NCBI GenBank assembly: GCA_963830915.1
Contig: CAWHOE010000049.1
Coordinates: forward strand, 1-64,000
Direction: 5' to 3'
DNA: 64,000 nt
Origin: a candidate division FCPU426 bacterium
Lineage (GTDB): Bacteria; Oederibacteriota; Muellerivitia; Muellerivitales; Muellerivitaceae
Position 1 is the first letter of the stretch; the number at the start of each line of letters is the position of its first letter. The position numbers and the translations under genes are program-made. The notes below the pieces were generated by a model. That model was not told where the DNA came from. It searched no databases and saw only the letters and a list, made by a program, of their open reading frames with translations. Below, in pieces: positions 20,480 to 32,392 of the stretch.

Positions 20480-23400
20480 ATGAAGCGCTTTCAACTATTA
20501 GCCATAATCTTATTGATGATGGCTCATAACGTTTGTTGGGCGACTTTCCCAGTGACTGCCGCCAATATCAATCAAGGCGCGGTCATGCCCCAGTCCCCGG
20601 TTTGGCCATTCCCGCAATTCAAGGAATACCCTTATGGCAAATCGCTTGCCACGGAAAATCCTCCTGGTGTCCCTCACGCCGAAATGGAAAAAACCCTTAT
20701 TCAGATCTATGTGGAAGGCATGCATCGTTTGGTCAATAAAGGCGGTTGGAAACCGGCCGGGCTACCCACCCGCTTGAATTACAACGCTTGTGAGGGAACC
20801 ACCGGATGGTGTTCGGAAGGGGAGGGCTATGCTCTTCTGATGGCTGCGGTGATGGCGGACAAGGATACTTTCGATGGCCTCTGGATCGATATCCATAGTT
20901 CCATCCCCGGCGTTCTGAGTTATGAGGTCGCGGCACCCACCACTCAATTCACTACCTATGCGGGGACTTGCAAGACACCTGGATTGGCGACGGGAATGTC
21001 CGGGACCGCTCCCGGGGACCCTGCGACGGACGGGGATGAGGACATATTGATGGCCTTGTTGATCGCCTACCGTCAATGGGGAAACTTCTCCGGCTACACC
21101 ACAGCTTCTGGTGCGGCCATCAATTATGGCGATGAGTTCTTCCGATACGCGAGCGCCTTTGCCGATTGGGTGAGGGACCCGGGAGCCCCCACGACGGTCT
21201 ATGACACGGCCCTGATCGGGATGGATGGTTATTTGAAGGCCTGCAATACGGTCGGCGACCTGACGACCTGGGGAAATACCGCCCACGGCGCCTACCCCCA
21301 ATTGAGCGGTTATTGCTCGACCAACGGGGTGGCCAACTGTCCGGGCGTTTGTACCAGCTATCTGGCGCCGGGCTATTACCGTTGTTTTTCACAGACCATC
21401 ACCGACGCCGCAGGCGATACCCTGGCCGCCAGCCAATTCTTGCGTGCCGCTTGTTCCAGCGAGTACATGATCGGTCAAATGAACGCCCAAAGGGCGCCCT
21501 ATTCCATCGGGACCAACGGCATCGATGTGAACGCGGCGGGAGTGGTTTCCCTGACGGATAACACTTGGTCCAACAATCCCGCGGAGGGAATCCGGACTCC
21601 CTACCGCACGGGTTTAAGCTATCTTTGGTACGGTACCCCGGCGAATTCCTGGGATCCGATCAACATGCAGGTCGCCGCAGGGGGCAACACGGCTTGCCAG
21701 GATTTCGTGAACGCTTATTCCAGCCTTATGTACGATCCGCGATTGGCCGGCAACCCTCCGGTCAACCCCACCTATGGCCTGACCTTCTGGGGTGTCTTCC
21801 AGATCCTGACCGATTTCACCACAGCGGGAGGCATGTCCAACTTCCATATCCCGACCGTGTTGGGCCCCACCTCGGTGGCGGTTTGTGGGTCCTCGACCAT
21901 GGCGGTTTCCCAACAATATGAATTGATGGATGAGCTCTACCGGCAGAATTTCCTGGTCTGGGACATGAATAATCCCGGCTCGGATGGGACGGCCGTGCAG
22001 CCCGAATATTTCCACGCGTTTTTCAGGTGGCTGGGGGAGATCACCTTGACCGGGAATTTCCACAGCCCTTGCGAGATGACCGCCCAACCCAACCTGAAGG
22101 TCTACAAATCGGTGGATAAAACCTTCGCCTACGCGGGGGATACCTTGACCTATACCCTCAACTACCGTAACTACGGCGCCGCGGATGGGAACCCAGTAAG
22201 CATCGTGGACGCCCTGCCTTCCAACCTCTTTTATCTTTCCTCATCTCCCGCGGCCTCCCTTGCCCCGGCGGCAGGGACGAATGGCACGGTTTCCTGGAAT
22301 CTAGGAACAGTCCCGGGTCTGCACAACACGGGTGGCGGGGGAAGCAACCTGCAAAGTACCCAGGGAGCTGTGACCCTGGTGGTGACGGTCGATCCCGCGG
22401 CCGCCAACGGCAGGATCTGCAATACCTCCCAGATCTACGTGGGCAGTACGCTTCATTGGACCTCCAACGAATACCCCAATGAGGATTCCATGATCTTCAA
22501 ACGCAATTGCGTGGATATCGCCTCCCGAGCCTTGACCATCACCAAGGCGGCCAATGTCACGACCGTTCAGCCGGGAAACCCAGTGACCTTCACGGTAGTC
22601 GCTTCCAACCAAAGCGGTCCCGGCTTCTGGATAAATGGGGGACGGCCCAAGGTTTATCCCGGCTTCAGCGCGGACTTAAGTCCCGGTTACGGCCCCATGC
22701 GTTTCTACACCCAATTGAGATCGGAAGCTTATGAGCCCTTGATCAACCCCACCAATTACCGCTGGTCCTTCTTTTTCTATGACCCCACTTACGGGACGCC
22801 CGGCGGGGCTATCGGCCAGCAGACCAACCTGCTCATGGCCACCCATAACTCCAATACCTTCGGGTCCACCACGGGAAGGACCATGACGGATTTTCAGATC
22901 CCCCAGATCCCCCAGTACAACGGTGTCAATGATTCCATGACCGAACTGCCCGTTTCCCCCGGGTCCGACGCGAATGGAGCCTGGAACCAGCGGTATGTGG
23001 TGAGGTGGTTCGATACCCAGTGTCCCAATCCGCTCGTTCCCAACCTGATCTATGGGAACACCGCCGGGATACCAAATCTTTGGTACATCCAGAAATACAG
23101 CGGTAATACGGGTCTCAACATGCAGTACGGTGACTTAAGTTCCAATACACCCATCTTCGCTTTTGATGTCTGGCCCCCGGCCAACCAGACCGATCCGACC
23201 ACCCTTTGGGCCAATGGCGGAGCCAACAAGGCCTGGTCTTGGATGGGAGGGGGGTACGGTCCGATGGGGGCTAATCCGAATTTCTATCCTTTGCCTGTTT
23301 CCCCCGATTGGACCGCGGGCGACGGGACCAGCGTCCCGGTCAGCTTGTTCGACCCCTACGGTATCCAATCATCCGCTACCCAGTACACCCAAGTATTGGT

Positions 23401-25324
23401 CGAGGAGTGGGATGGCTATGTGTGGCGCCGTATCTTCGGCAATGGTCCTGTCCCGGGAAGGGATATCCCCAATGTGGCGGTCACGGACACCGTTCCTGGG
23501 GCTTATACCTGGGGAGGTTTCGTGGGAACGCCTCCCACCGGCGCCGCTTATACCGCGCCTAACGTGACCTTGAACATCCCCGATATGCTGAGCGGGACGG
23601 CGGTGACGCTGACCTATTGGGTCTCAGCCAATACCCAATCCTCCTATCCATGGCCAGTCACCAATACAGCGTCCATTTCATCGCCCGTCGATTCGGCGAA
23701 AACAGCCAGCGCGGTCGTGACCATCGTCAGCACGGTCGTGGTCACACCCACTGCCACCAATACGGCCACAAAGACCTTCACCGCCACACCCACGCCTTCG
23801 ATGACCAATTCGGCCACGCCCAGTCCAACCTTTACGGTAACTCAGACCCCGACCTTTACAGCCACCATGACCCCCACTTTTTCGGCGACATCCACGCCGA
23901 CCAATAGTCTGACTTCCACTTTTACGTCCACGCCAACTTCTACCTTCACGGCCACCCTTTCACCGACGATGACCGCGACGAAAACCACGACTTCCACACC
24001 CACCATCACCTGGACACCCACGGCCACCCCCACGGGAACTTCCGTTCCGCCGGTTCAAATAACCGTCGGTCCGAATCCGCCTGTCGACAGCACCCAGTTG
24101 CCGGGAGCCGCTGGGATCACCATGATGCAATATGTCCTGACCAATCCCATCGCCTCAGCGGTGACGGTGACCAGCCTGACCTTGACCGATTCCGGAACGG
24201 GGAACGCGGCGACGGGGATCGCCTCGGTGGTTTTATTGCGTAATGGGGTCCCCATCTCGACAAGTACATTCAGCGGGACCCAGGCGACTTTGGCTATGGC
24301 CGACCTTTTGGCCGCCTCCTCGTCGGTGACCTACGAGGTAGAAGTGACCTTCACGACGGCCGCGGCTGGGACCTACCAGTTTTCTATTACGGCCAATACC
24401 AGCCTGACTGGGGTGAACAGCGGAACTGGTTCGGCGGCGGCCTTTACGGGCGCTCCCGTGACAGGAGCGACGGTCACCATCGTCTCTCCCACTTCGACCC
24501 CGACCATGACAGAGACATGGACTTTAACTTCATCCGCCACGAACACCGCGACCAAATCAGCCACCTTGACGCCGACTTTGTCCTCTACCCCCACGCAGAC
24601 CTGGACATTCACAGCGTCTTTGACCTCGACAGCCACCCCAACCTTGACCGGAACCCTGCCGCCCACCAATACATTCACCAACACGGGTACCCCAACCTCC
24701 ACCTTTACCCCCACCCTGACCCCGACCCTGACCGATACCGTTACGTCGACGTCCACACCGACCGTTACCTTGACCGCGACGAATACATTCACCGCCACCC
24801 CGTCCTCCACGGCCACCCCAACCCAGACGCCCTCGCTCACGGCGACCAATACCAATACCTTCACATCCACCTCGACCCCATCGGGGACCTACACCCCAAC
24901 CTTGACAGCCACATTCACTTCCACACCTTCCCCGACTTCGACCAAGACATCCACTCCGACCCCAACGGCTACCTTCACCTTTACATTGACCTTCAGCCCG
25001 ACCCAGACGCCGACCTGGACGGGCACGCCGTTGCCTGAGGATTTTTATGTCTCGAAGAACATGTTCGAGCCTGATGAGGGCGAGTCTGTTTCCATCCACG
25101 TGCGCTTGAACACCTATCCGGGGGAATACTATTTGTGGGTCTACAACTCGGCGGGGGAACAGATCGTCCAATTGGACCATCAAGAATTGAACGGTCCTTT
25201 CGACACCTGGTACCCATGGAATGGCCTGAACAAGTACCAACAAAAATGCGCCAGCGGTGTTTATCTCATCTACTTGGTCGAACCTCTCAGCCAAAAGATG
25301 AAAAAAGTCCTATTGGTAAGATGA
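20480..25324 (+). CDS. Second giant secreted GH8 glycoside hydrolase with DUF11 repeats, CBM3-like insert, and the same Thr-rich stalk and C-terminal domain
   Basis: GAGG RBS; signal peptide; [34 protein letters not shown]-terminal ~490 aa identical to the upstream paralog. Confidence 0.87.
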   Translation: MKRFQLLAIILLMMAHNVCWATFPVTAANINQGAVMPQSPVWPFPQFKEYPYGKSLATENPPGVPHAEMEKTLIQIYVEGMHRLVNKGGWKPAGLPTRLNYNACEGTTGWCSEGEGYALLMAAVMADKDTFDGLWIDIHSSIPGVLSYEVAAPTTQFTTYAGTCKTPGLATGMSGTAPGDPATDGDEDILMALLIAYRQWGNFSGYTTASGAAINYGDEFFRYASAFADWVRDPGAPTTVYDTALIGMDGYLKACNTVGDLTTWGNTAHGAYPQLSGYCSTNGVANCPGVCTSYLAPGYYRCFSQTITDAAGDTLAASQFLRAACSSEYMIGQMNAQRAPYSIGTNGIDVNAAGVVSLTDNTWSNNPAEGIRTPYRTGLSYLWYGTPANSWDPINMQVAAGGNTACQDFVNAYSSLMYDPRLAGNPPVNPTYGLTFWGVFQILTDFTTAGGMSNFHIPTVLGPTSVAVCGSSTMAVSQQYELMDELYRQNFLVWDMNNPGSDGTAVQPEYFHAFFRWLGEITLTGNFHSPCEMTAQPNLKVYKSVDKTFAYAGDTLTYTLNYRNYGAADGNPVSIVDALPSNLFYLSSSPAASLAPAAGTNGTVSWNLGTVPGLHNTGGGGSNLQSTQGAVTLVVTVDPAAANGRICNTSQIYVGSTLHWTSNEYPNEDSMIFKRNCVDIASRALTITKAANVTTVQPGNPVTFTVVASNQSGPGFWINGGRPKVYPGFSADLSPGYGPMRFYTQLRSEAYEPLINPTNYRWSFFFYDPTYGTPGGAIGQQTNLLMATHNSNTFGSTTGRTMTDFQIPQIPQYNGVNDSMTELPVSPGSDANGAWNQRYVVRWFDTQCPNPLVPNLIYGNTAGIPNLWYIQKYSGNTGLNMQYGDLSSNTPIFAFDVWPPANQTDPTTLWANGGANKAWSWMGGGYGPMGANPNFYPLPVSPDWTAGDGTSVPVSLFDPYGIQSSATQYTQVLVEEWDGYVWRRIFGNGPVPGRDIPNVAVTDTVPGAYTWGGFVGTPPTGAAYTAPNVTLNIPDMLSGTAVTLTYWVSANTQSSYPWPVTNTASISSPVDSAKTASAVVTIVSTVVVTPTATNTATKTFTATPTPSMTNSATPSPTFTVTQTPTFTATMTPTFSATSTPTNSLTSTFTSTPTSTFTATLSPTMTATKTTTSTPTITWTPTATPTGTSVPPVQITVGPNPPVDSTQLPGAAGITMMQYVLTNPIASAVTVTSLTLTDSGTGNAATGIASVVLLRNGVPISTSTFSGTQATLAMADLLAASSSVTYEVEVTFTTAAAGTYQFSITANTSLTGVNSGTGSAAAFTGAPVTGATVTIVSPTSTPTMTETWTLTSSATNTATKSATLTPTLSSTPTQTWTFTASLTSTATPTLTGTLPPTNTFTNTGTPTSTFTPTLTPTLTDTVTSTSTPTVTLTATNTFTATPSSTATPTQTPSLTATNTNTFTSTSTPSGTYTPTLTATFTSTPSPTSTKTSTPTPTATFTFTLTFSPTQTPTWTGTPLPEDFYVSKNMFEPDEGESVSIHVRLNTYPGEYYLWVYNSAGEQIVQLDHQELNGPFDTWYPWNGLNKYQQKCASGVYLIYLVEPLSQKMKKVLLVR
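23849..25324 (+). repeat. Copy 2 of the 1476-bp direct repeat (3' part of second GH8 gene)
   Basis: Identity with 18873-20348 stops exactly at the TGA stop codon. Confidence 0.95.
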
Positions 25325-25449
25325 TCTAAGATCGATCGAATTTTCCTACCATAGTCTTCCTCTTTTTCCGGATGATCCTGAAAGACCAAGTCAGATTATG
25401 CTTTTTTAGGGACACCCAAGAGCTTTCGGTTTTGGTTCTTGCCGAGGGA

Positions 25450-25600
25450 TAAAAGCGCTTCCAGAAAATAATTCTGAAAAAAATATTTTTCACGCCCACG
25501 TGTCCTAACAAAAATAAATATTTCATCGGTTTAAAGTGACAACGCTTGAGTGTATCGGGAAACTGAAATTTCATTGAAGCGCTTTCTTGAACCGGTTACA
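25450..25600. promoter_or_regulatory. Cluster of putative LacI-family operator-like palindromes
   Basis: TAAAAGCGCTTCCA (25450), TTGAAGCGCTTTCT (25574), TTGAACCGGTTACA (25587) resemble TGNAANCGNTTNCA. Confidence 0.4.
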
Positions 25601-25753
25601 TAAAAATTGGTAAATGTTTTCATGATGCCGTTCATCTTTTGATTGGGAGGCTTATCACAAGAGTGCTAACTTGAACGTGGGGAAACTGAAAGTTCCTCAA
25701 GACTTGTTAAGTTCTCTTCCTTGAAACGATTGAAGGCAAGGGGATACTTCATT

Positions 25754-28700
25754 ATGAACGGTAAAGAAATGGCAAAAATGAAATTTTGCTTCAACTTAAC
25801 CATTGCCCTGTTTGGCATCGCTGTTTTATTTTTCGCAACCTCCGCAAGAGCGCAGATTACTTATACCTCCATCTCCCTTCAACCGCCCGCTCCTGTTTCA
25901 GGCCAGACCGTGACCCTCTCGGCAAGTTATTTGAATTGCAATGACACTCAGCCTCCCTATTTTGTGGTAGCGGTCAGTGGAGCCACGACCATCGAGGCGT
26001 TCCCGGTAGCCGGACAGGAATTCTTGGTCTACAACCCCAACGTCGGCGGCGCGGTGACCAACGGCCTTCCCCCGACCATGGATCCCTGTAACGGTAATCC
26101 TGGCTGTCAGATGGGATGGAACTCCAACCAAAACACCGGCCTGGGCGGATGCGTTGCCCACGCGGTGACCTGGACCCTGACCTTGCCTACCGACTTGTGG
26201 TACGGAGGGACATTCAACCTGGTCGTTGGCTCCAAATCCGATAATATCAATGGACTGGCCGACGCCAACAATTCGGTCACCTTCACATCCTTCACCATTC
26301 CCCTGCCGGCGCCCGCCATTAATATCAACAAGACCTCCGAATACGGCACCGCCGCGCCAGGCGATTTGATCCTTTTTTCCATCGATTATTCCTTCATCAA
26401 CGCCCAAGGATTCGATATTACCGACACCGTCCCGCCCGGTACGACCCTGGTGGAAGCGGGTCCACCCTCGGTGGACAACGGCGCTGTCTCGGGGGCGGGG
26501 GCCGTGACCTGGTCCTTGGGCGCGGCTACCAGCATGCTCCAGGGAAAAGTGTGGATGCTGGTCAAGGTGGATACGGGAGGGGCGGCCCCGCCGCCGGGTA
26601 CCCTCATCCAGAACACCGCGACTGGGACCAGCACGTCGGTCGCCTTGCCCGTGACCAGCCAATCCGTTCCTGTGACGGTGGGGACCGGATTTACCCTGAC
26701 CAAGAGCGCGTCCGGGGCCACCTTCACCAACGGCCAGTTGGTGACCTATATCCTGAGCTACCAGATCCCCCAGCAGCAGAGCCTGCAGTTCTTCGACTCG
26801 TACGACAACGACACCCCCAATACGACCCTCAACGGCTCCATCACGGGTTACGACTCGACCACCCCATATGTTTACGCCAATCCGGAAGGCCCGGGCGGAT
26901 TCACGGTCCTGCAGGATCCCAACACGGGGAACAACTACATCAAGGCTTGCTCCAACGCCGCTTGTGACAGCACGGTCACGGGCAATTTTCCCACCATCCT
27001 CAGGAGCAGTCCGCCCGTGAGCCTTTGCAGCAGTTACACCGTTCAGGGCGACATGATGATACCGCCCAATATGGCGACTGGCGCGGACGCCACCATGGTC
27101 ATCGCCGCCAATCTCTCCGCTCCCAACGTCGGTGACGCCTATATGGTGGCCATCTCCAAGGATTGCGGACCAGGGAACTTTTTCCTCCAGAAGAACAACT
27201 CGGCGACCGGGACCGTGACCTACCCGGTGACCCTTTGCACCGGAAGCCTAGGGATGACCATCACGGCGGGTGTCTGGTACACGGTCAAGGCCGAGGTTTC
27301 CTACACAGGCACCTCAGTGGTGATCATGGCCCATGTCTGGGTGAAGGGAACGACCGAGCCCGCGACCTGGCCGATCAACTACACCGATCCGGCTTCCCTG
27401 CCTTGTACGCCGCGAAACGGGGGTCAATACCTCGTGGGTTGGCAGGCGGACGGGACATCGGGTATGGACTATTACAGCAACCTGCACCTGATCGCCAGCG
27501 ATCCCATCCCGAACCCGAGGGTTTGGGACACCCTCCCCGCGGGGGAGACCTATGTGGGGTCCAACTTGCCCGTGCACCAAACAGGCAATGTGCTTGAATG
27601 GGACCTGGGGGGGACCCATCCGGTCTCGGTGTTCAGCCTCAATAGCGCGGTCACCTGGTGGGGAACGGTCTCCTGCTTGAACCAGAACCCAGTGAATATT
27701 TCCGCGGTCATGGACGATTATCCCTGGTCCCAGGTCATCTCCAACTCAGTGGCCATCTCGGTCATCGGCTGCCCGACCGACACGCCGACCCCGACGAACA
27801 CCGCGACCAATACGGACACGAATACCCCCACCAATACGGCGACGCCGACCTTCACCTTCACGAATACGCCTACCCGAACCCCGACCGACACCCCGACCAA
27901 TTCTGCCACATCCACTCCCACCAATAGCGCGACGAATACCGCTACCAATACTTCCACTTACACGCCCACCAACAGCTCGACCAACACCAATACCGCCACC
28001 ATGACCAACAGTCCCACGAATTCAAATACGCCTATCTACACTTATACTCCGACGAATACACCCACTCTTACCCCGACCCCCACCAATTCACCTACCAACA
28101 CGGCGACCCTTTCACCGACCAATTCGATGACCAATACGCCTACCCTATCCCCTACCAATTCCATGACCAATACGATGACCAACACCCAGACCCTGACTTT
28201 CAGCCCGACCAATACTCCCACCCTCACCTGGACCTTGAGTCCCACCAATACCCCGACCATGACCCAGACACCCACCTTGACCTTGACGCCCACCCAGACC
28301 CTGACGCCCACTCAAACCAACACCCCGACCCAGACCGATACACCCTCGCCTTCACCCACCCTGACCGATACCGCGACACCCTCCGCCACTTATACCCAAA
28401 CGGACACCAAGACCGCGACGCCTACCGCCACCAATACGGCGACCATGACCGCCACTTTCACGGCGACCATGACCGCGACCGTGACCGATACCTCGACGCC
28501 CACCAACACCCCCTTCGCGGTGTTATCCATCCAGAAAAAAGCCTCCTCCCCCATCGCCCAGTCGGAAGAAAGCCTGACCTATGACATCACCTTGAATGTG
28601 AGCGGGACCACGGCAACGGGAGTGACGGTATGGGATACCCTTCCGGCCAACCTGACTTTCCAGGAATTCCTGTCTTCGCCCCCGGGAACGGCTGTTTCCC

Positions 28701-29782
28701 AGACAGGTTCGCTCCTTTACTGGGCCCTGCCTCCCCTGCCGATAGGCACCTACGATCTGACCTACGACGCGGTGGTCGGACGATTCCTGAAGGCGGGAAC
28801 GGTCCTGACCAACTGGGCCTGGGAAACCAACCCGGGCAGCGGGCCCTTGACGGCCAGCGCCAGCGTCACGGTCCAGGGGAACTATTCGGTCAAGATCGCC
28901 GTCTATAACGAGGCCGGGGAAGTGGTCAAGATCATCTTGATCGCCCAATATTCCGAACCCATCAATTCCATGACCCTCACGCCCAACGTTATCACCTCGC
29001 TCCATGGGGAAGTGGATATCTATTACGAGGGGGTCCTCATTGGGACCTGGGACGGGACCAATGGGTTGGGCGATCCAGTTTCCAACGGTATTTATCACAT
29101 CAAGATCGATAATGTGGGTGTGACCGGATCGGTCAACAGCGTGACCCAGGACGCGGTGGTCAGCCGGTCCCTCTCGCAGGTCGTCATCAATATCTATAAC
29201 GAAGCCGGGGAGATCGTGCGGCACCTGTACGGGACTTTGGATGATTCCACTTATAACCTGATCACGGGTATCTCTTTATCCAGTCCGGTCATCAATCCCC
29301 ATTCGCCGGTGACGGGCGTGCCCTCCGAGGTGAGCATTTCCAGTAGTACAGGTTCCTTCTTGTCCACCTGGGACGGACGTAGTGATTCGGGAGAGATCGT
29401 TTCCAATGGGGATTATTTCGTGGAGATCAACGCCGCCAACGGTAAAGGCGGGCAAACCAACATCTCCCAGGAGGTCCTGGTCCAGGGTCAGACCCCGAAT
29501 TGGGATAACGGTACCGTCAAGGCCCTGCCCAATATCCTGACCGACGCCAATCCTGGCACCGATTTCCAGGTCCAAAGCACCGACCCCTTGACCTTGACCG
29601 TGAGGGTCTACGACCTGGCGGGGGAGATGGTCGCCCGAGTGGTGGGAGCCCCGGGGAGCGACAGCGCCTACTGGAACGCGACGGGCATGGCCAGCGGGAT
29701 CTATATCGCGGTAGTGGACCTGAACCAGACGGACGGCCGATGGGCCGGACGCAAGACCATGAAACTCCTGTTCGAACATTGA
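25754..29782 (+). CDS. Large secreted surface protein: DUF11 domains, ConA-like insert, ~245-aa Thr-rich region, two FlgD Ig-like domains and a T9SS-CTD-like tail (start could be 25721-25778)
   Basis: Signal peptide ..ATSARA/Q; DUF11 motifs; YNEAGE+V..WDG x2; [20 protein letters not shown]. Confidence 0.82.
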   Translation: MNGKEMAKMKFCFNLTIALFGIAVLFFATSARAQITYTSISLQPPAPVSGQTVTLSASYLNCNDTQPPYFVVAVSGATTIEAFPVAGQEFLVYNPNVGGAVTNGLPPTMDPCNGNPGCQMGWNSNQNTGLGGCVAHAVTWTLTLPTDLWYGGTFNLVVGSKSDNINGLADANNSVTFTSFTIPLPAPAININKTSEYGTAAPGDLILFSIDYSFINAQGFDITDTVPPGTTLVEAGPPSVDNGAVSGAGAVTWSLGAATSMLQGKVWMLVKVDTGGAAPPPGTLIQNTATGTSTSVALPVTSQSVPVTVGTGFTLTKSASGATFTNGQLVTYILSYQIPQQQSLQFFDSYDNDTPNTTLNGSITGYDSTTPYVYANPEGPGGFTVLQDPNTGNNYIKACSNAACDSTVTGNFPTILRSSPPVSLCSSYTVQGDMMIPPNMATGADATMVIAANLSAPNVGDAYMVAISKDCGPGNFFLQKNNSATGTVTYPVTLCTGSLGMTITAGVWYTVKAEVSYTGTSVVIMAHVWVKGTTEPATWPINYTDPASLPCTPRNGGQYLVGWQADGTSGMDYYSNLHLIASDPIPNPRVWDTLPAGETYVGSNLPVHQTGNVLEWDLGGTHPVSVFSLNSAVTWWGTVSCLNQNPVNISAVMDDYPWSQVISNSVAISVIGCPTDTPTPTNTATNTDTNTPTNTATPTFTFTNTPTRTPTDTPTNSATSTPTNSATNTATNTSTYTPTNSSTNTNTATMTNSPTNSNTPIYTYTPTNTPTLTPTPTNSPTNTATLSPTNSMTNTPTLSPTNSMTNTMTNTQTLTFSPTNTPTLTWTLSPTNTPTMTQTPTLTLTPTQTLTPTQTNTPTQTDTPSPSPTLTDTATPSATYTQTDTKTATPTATNTATMTATFTATMTATVTDTSTPTNTPFAVLSIQKKASSPIAQSEESLTYDITLNVSGTTATGVTVWDTLPANLTFQEFLSSPPGTAVSQTGSLLYWALPPLPIGTYDLTYDAVVGRFLKAGTVLTNWAWETNPGSGPLTASASVTVQGNYSVKIAVYNEAGEVVKIILIAQYSEPINSMTLTPNVITSLHGEVDIYYEGVLIGTWDGTNGLGDPVSNGIYHIKIDNVGVTGSVNSVTQDAVVSRSLSQVVINIYNEAGEIVRHLYGTLDDSTYNLITGISLSSPVINPHSPVTGVPSEVSISSSTGSFLSTWDGRSDSGEIVSNGDYFVEINAANGKGGQTNISQEVLVQGQTPNWDNGTVKALPNILTDANPGTDFQVQSTDPLTLTVRVYDLAGEMVARVVGAPGSDSAYWNATGMASGIYIAVVDLNQTDGRWAGRKTMKLLFEH

Positions 29783-29806
29783 GCCAACGGGTAGTCCAGA
29801 CAATAA

Positions 29807-29847
29807 AAAACCCCTGGAACCTTCCGGCTCCAGGGGTTTTGTTTTTT
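29807..29847. terminator. Bidirectional intrinsic terminator between convergent genes
   Basis: AAAACCCCTGGA-loop-TCCAGGGGTTTT with A and T tracts on both sides. Confidence 0.85.
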
Positions 29848-29860
29848 AACGACCGGCTTA

Positions 29861-30928
29861 TCAGGCGATCGTGACTTCCTTGGCCAGATAGACATCCTGG
29901 ATGGTCTGGAGGAGCTTGGCGCCCTCCGCCATTGGCCTCTGGAACGCCTTGCGGCCGGAGATGAGCCCCATGCCGCCCGCCCTCTTGTTGATGACCGCGG
30001 TCTTCACGGCTTCCGCGAAGTCGTTGTCTCCCGAGGCGCCGCCTGAGTTGATCAAGCCCGCGCGGCCCATGTAACAGTTGGCCACCTGCCACCGAGTGTA
30101 CTCGATGGGATGGTCGGGGATGAGCTGCTCGTACATGCGCTTGTCGAACTTCCCGTAATTGGACTCCTGATTCAAGAACAAGAAGCCGCCGTTGTTCTCC
30201 GGTAGTTTCTGCTTGATGATATCGGCCTCAATGGTGACGCCCAGATGGTTGGCCTGGCCGGTCAAGTCGGCGGACAGGTGGAAATCCTTGTCCTTGGTCT
30301 TGAAGGCCTTGTTGCGGATGTAGCACCAGAGAACGGTGAACATTCCCAATTCATGGGCTTCCCGGAAAGCCTTGGTGGTTTCCTCAATTTCCCTTTGGGC
30401 GGTGTCGCTGCCGAAGTAAACGGTGGCCCCGATCCCGGCGGCTCCCATTTCATAGGCTTGCTTGGCCGTGCCGAAGTAGAACTCGGTCGCCTTGTTGGGA
30501 TAGGTCAGCAGCTCGTTGTGGTTCAACTTCACGATGAAGGGGATCTTGTGGGCGTATTTGCGGGAGGTCATTCCCAACACTCCCAGGGTGGAAGCCACCG
30601 CGTTACAGCCGCCCTCGATGGCCAGCTTGACGATGTTTTCCGCGTCGAAATAGATGGGGTTCTTAGCGAAGGAGGCGCCGGCGGAATGCTCGATGCCCTG
30701 GTCGACGGGCAGGATCGAGACATAGCCCGACCCGGCCAGACGGCCGGTCGAATAGAGCCATTGCAGGTTGTTCAGGACCCGTTGGTTGCGGTCAGTGGGG
30801 GCGAAGATACGGTCGACAAAATCAGGACCGGGAATGTGGAGCATGTCCTTATTGATGCCTTTGCATTGATAGCCCAATAGGCTCTTGGCGTCGTTCCCTA
30901 AGTACTTCTCGATCTCAGATAAATTCAT
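29861..30928 (-). CDS. fbaB: Class I fructose-bisphosphate aldolase (DhnA type)
   Basis: [50 protein letters not shown] before ATG 30928. Confidence 0.96.
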   Translation of the reverse strand: MNLSEIEKYLGNDAKSLLGYQCKGINKDMLHIPGPDFVDRIFAPTDRNQRVLNNLQWLYSTGRLAGSGYVSILPVDQGIEHSAGASFAKNPIYFDAENIVKLAIEGGCNAVASTLGVLGMTSRKYAHKIPFIVKLNHNELLTYPNKATEFYFGTAKQAYEMGAAGIGATVYFGSDTAQREIEETTKAFREAHELGMFTVLWCYIRNKAFKTKDKDFHLSADLTGQANHLGVTIEADIIKQKLPENNGGFLFLNQESNYGKFDKRMYEQLIPDHPIEYTRWQVANCYMGRAGLINSGGASGDNDFAEAVKTAVINKRAGGMGLISGRKAFQRPMAEGAKLLQTIQDVYLAKEVTIA

Positions 30929-31216
30929 GTTGCCATCCTTCTTCATCGTTATTTCAACAAACCCATCCCCGTCCGGGCCTGTCATGAGCCTTTACTAATA
31001 CAAAATAAAGAAGGATTAAGCAAGTAAACTTTGGGCGAATCCTGAGTGACAAATTAATAGGGTGGCAAGAAATGGATTGGATGAGAGGCGGGGAGAGAAC
31101 GAGCGGATAAAACCTTTGTTTTATCGAAATACTTCGATTCGCCAAGATTTATCAAGCTTTGGGAAACAACAAGGATATGTCATAAAGAAACAACGAAATA
31201 GACTGAATATATTCTT

Positions 31217-31298
31217 GCCACCGATGAATTTGATCAAAATTGGAATAAAAAATATTAGATTTTAGACTTATCGGTGTTTATCTGTGTTAATCGGTGGC
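31217..31298. repeat. CCAC+tandem-repeat inverted element (CACAGAT/CACCGAT subfamily)
   Basis: GCCACCGATGAA (31217) facing ATCGGTGTTTATCTGTGTTAATCGGTGGC (31270-31298). Confidence 0.6.
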
Positions 31299-31358
31299 TA
31301 AATTTTTGTTTTGGTGGGGTGTGGTCCAACAAGCTTTGTTTTATCATGGGTCCCGCTC

Positions 31359-32303
31359 ATGAAAAGAACAACTCAACACTACAAAGTCGCCTGTTTGGGC
31401 AATGTCCTGGTGGACATGTTGGTCAAACCGGTGGAAACTTTTCCGCCGGTGGGCGGATTGCTCCCGGTGGACAAGGTCGACATGGCCATGGGCGGATGCG
31501 CCTCCAACACGGCCCTGGCCTTGGCCCGGTTGGGCGTGGGAGCGTCCCTCTGGGGAAAACTGGGGAAGGATACTTTCGGCGAATTCGCCATCAAACAGCT
31601 GAAGGCCTCCGGTGTGAACACCACGGAGATCCTGGTCGATAGAACAGTCTCCACTTCCGCCACTATCGTGCTCATCAACGGGAAGGGCCAAAGGTCCTTT
31701 CTGCACGCCCTGGCCGCCAGCGACCATATCAGCAAGAACGATATCCCCCTTTCCCGCTTGTCCCGATACGACCACCTGCATATAGGAGGTTATTTCCTTT
31801 TCCCCACCCTGGACGGCCCTCCCATGGCCCGTATCCTTAAAGAAGCCAAGGACAAAGGATTGACGACCTCGATGGACACGGCCTGGGACCTGAAGAACAG
31901 ATGGATGAAGGTCCTCAAACCCTGCCTTCCTTATCTGGACTACTTCATGCCCAGCGAAAGGGAAGTGAAGATGCTCTTGGGCACCATCCATCCCGCTCGG
32001 AAAGCGGCCAAAGCCTTCCTGGGATTAGGGGCCAAGTGCGTTGTGATCAAACAGGGTGAGAAAGGTTCCTATCTATTGGATCGGGAAGGTGTGGAACTGA
32101 AGGTCCCCGCTTACCACGCTAAAGTGGTCGACACCACTGGCGCGGGGGATTGTTTTTGCGCCGGTTTCATCAAGGGCTTGTCGCTGGGCTGGGATAAAAG
32201 GAAATGCCTGGAACTGGGGAACTCGGCCGGGGCTTGCGCCGTCTCGGCGCTTGGCGCAACGACCGGTATCCGCTCCTTCGCGCAGGTATCGGGAAGGCTC
32301 TGA
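31359..32303 (+). CDS. PfkB-family carbohydrate kinase
   Basis: GGCASNTALALARLG and VVDTTGAGDCFCAGF signatures. Confidence 0.93.
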   Translation: MKRTTQHYKVACLGNVLVDMLVKPVETFPPVGGLLPVDKVDMAMGGCASNTALALARLGVGASLWGKLGKDTFGEFAIKQLKASGVNTTEILVDRTVSTSATIVLINGKGQRSFLHALAASDHISKNDIPLSRLSRYDHLHIGGYFLFPTLDGPPMARILKEAKDKGLTTSMDTAWDLKNRWMKVLKPCLPYLDYFMPSEREVKMLLGTIHPARKAAKAFLGLGAKCVVIKQGEKGSYLLDREGVELKVPAYHAKVVDTTGAGDCFCAGFIKGLSLGWDKRKCLELGNSAGACAVSALGATTGIRSFAQVSGRL

Positions 32304-32392
32304 ACCATATTTGTGATTTTGCTCATACCTGAACAACCCCGCCAATCTATAATACGCCTCGTTTACTAAGTACCCAGCCCCCGGAGGTCATC

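Noticed and set aside
18873..25324. DGR template/variable repeat pair
   Set aside because: Copies appear identical with no adenine-specific mismatches, are far longer than TR/VR, and no reverse transcriptase is present.
25325..25753. c-di-GMP or other riboswitch upstream of the surface protein
   Set aside because: GGAAAC motifs are present but I could not build the conserved stems; an Rfam scan is needed.
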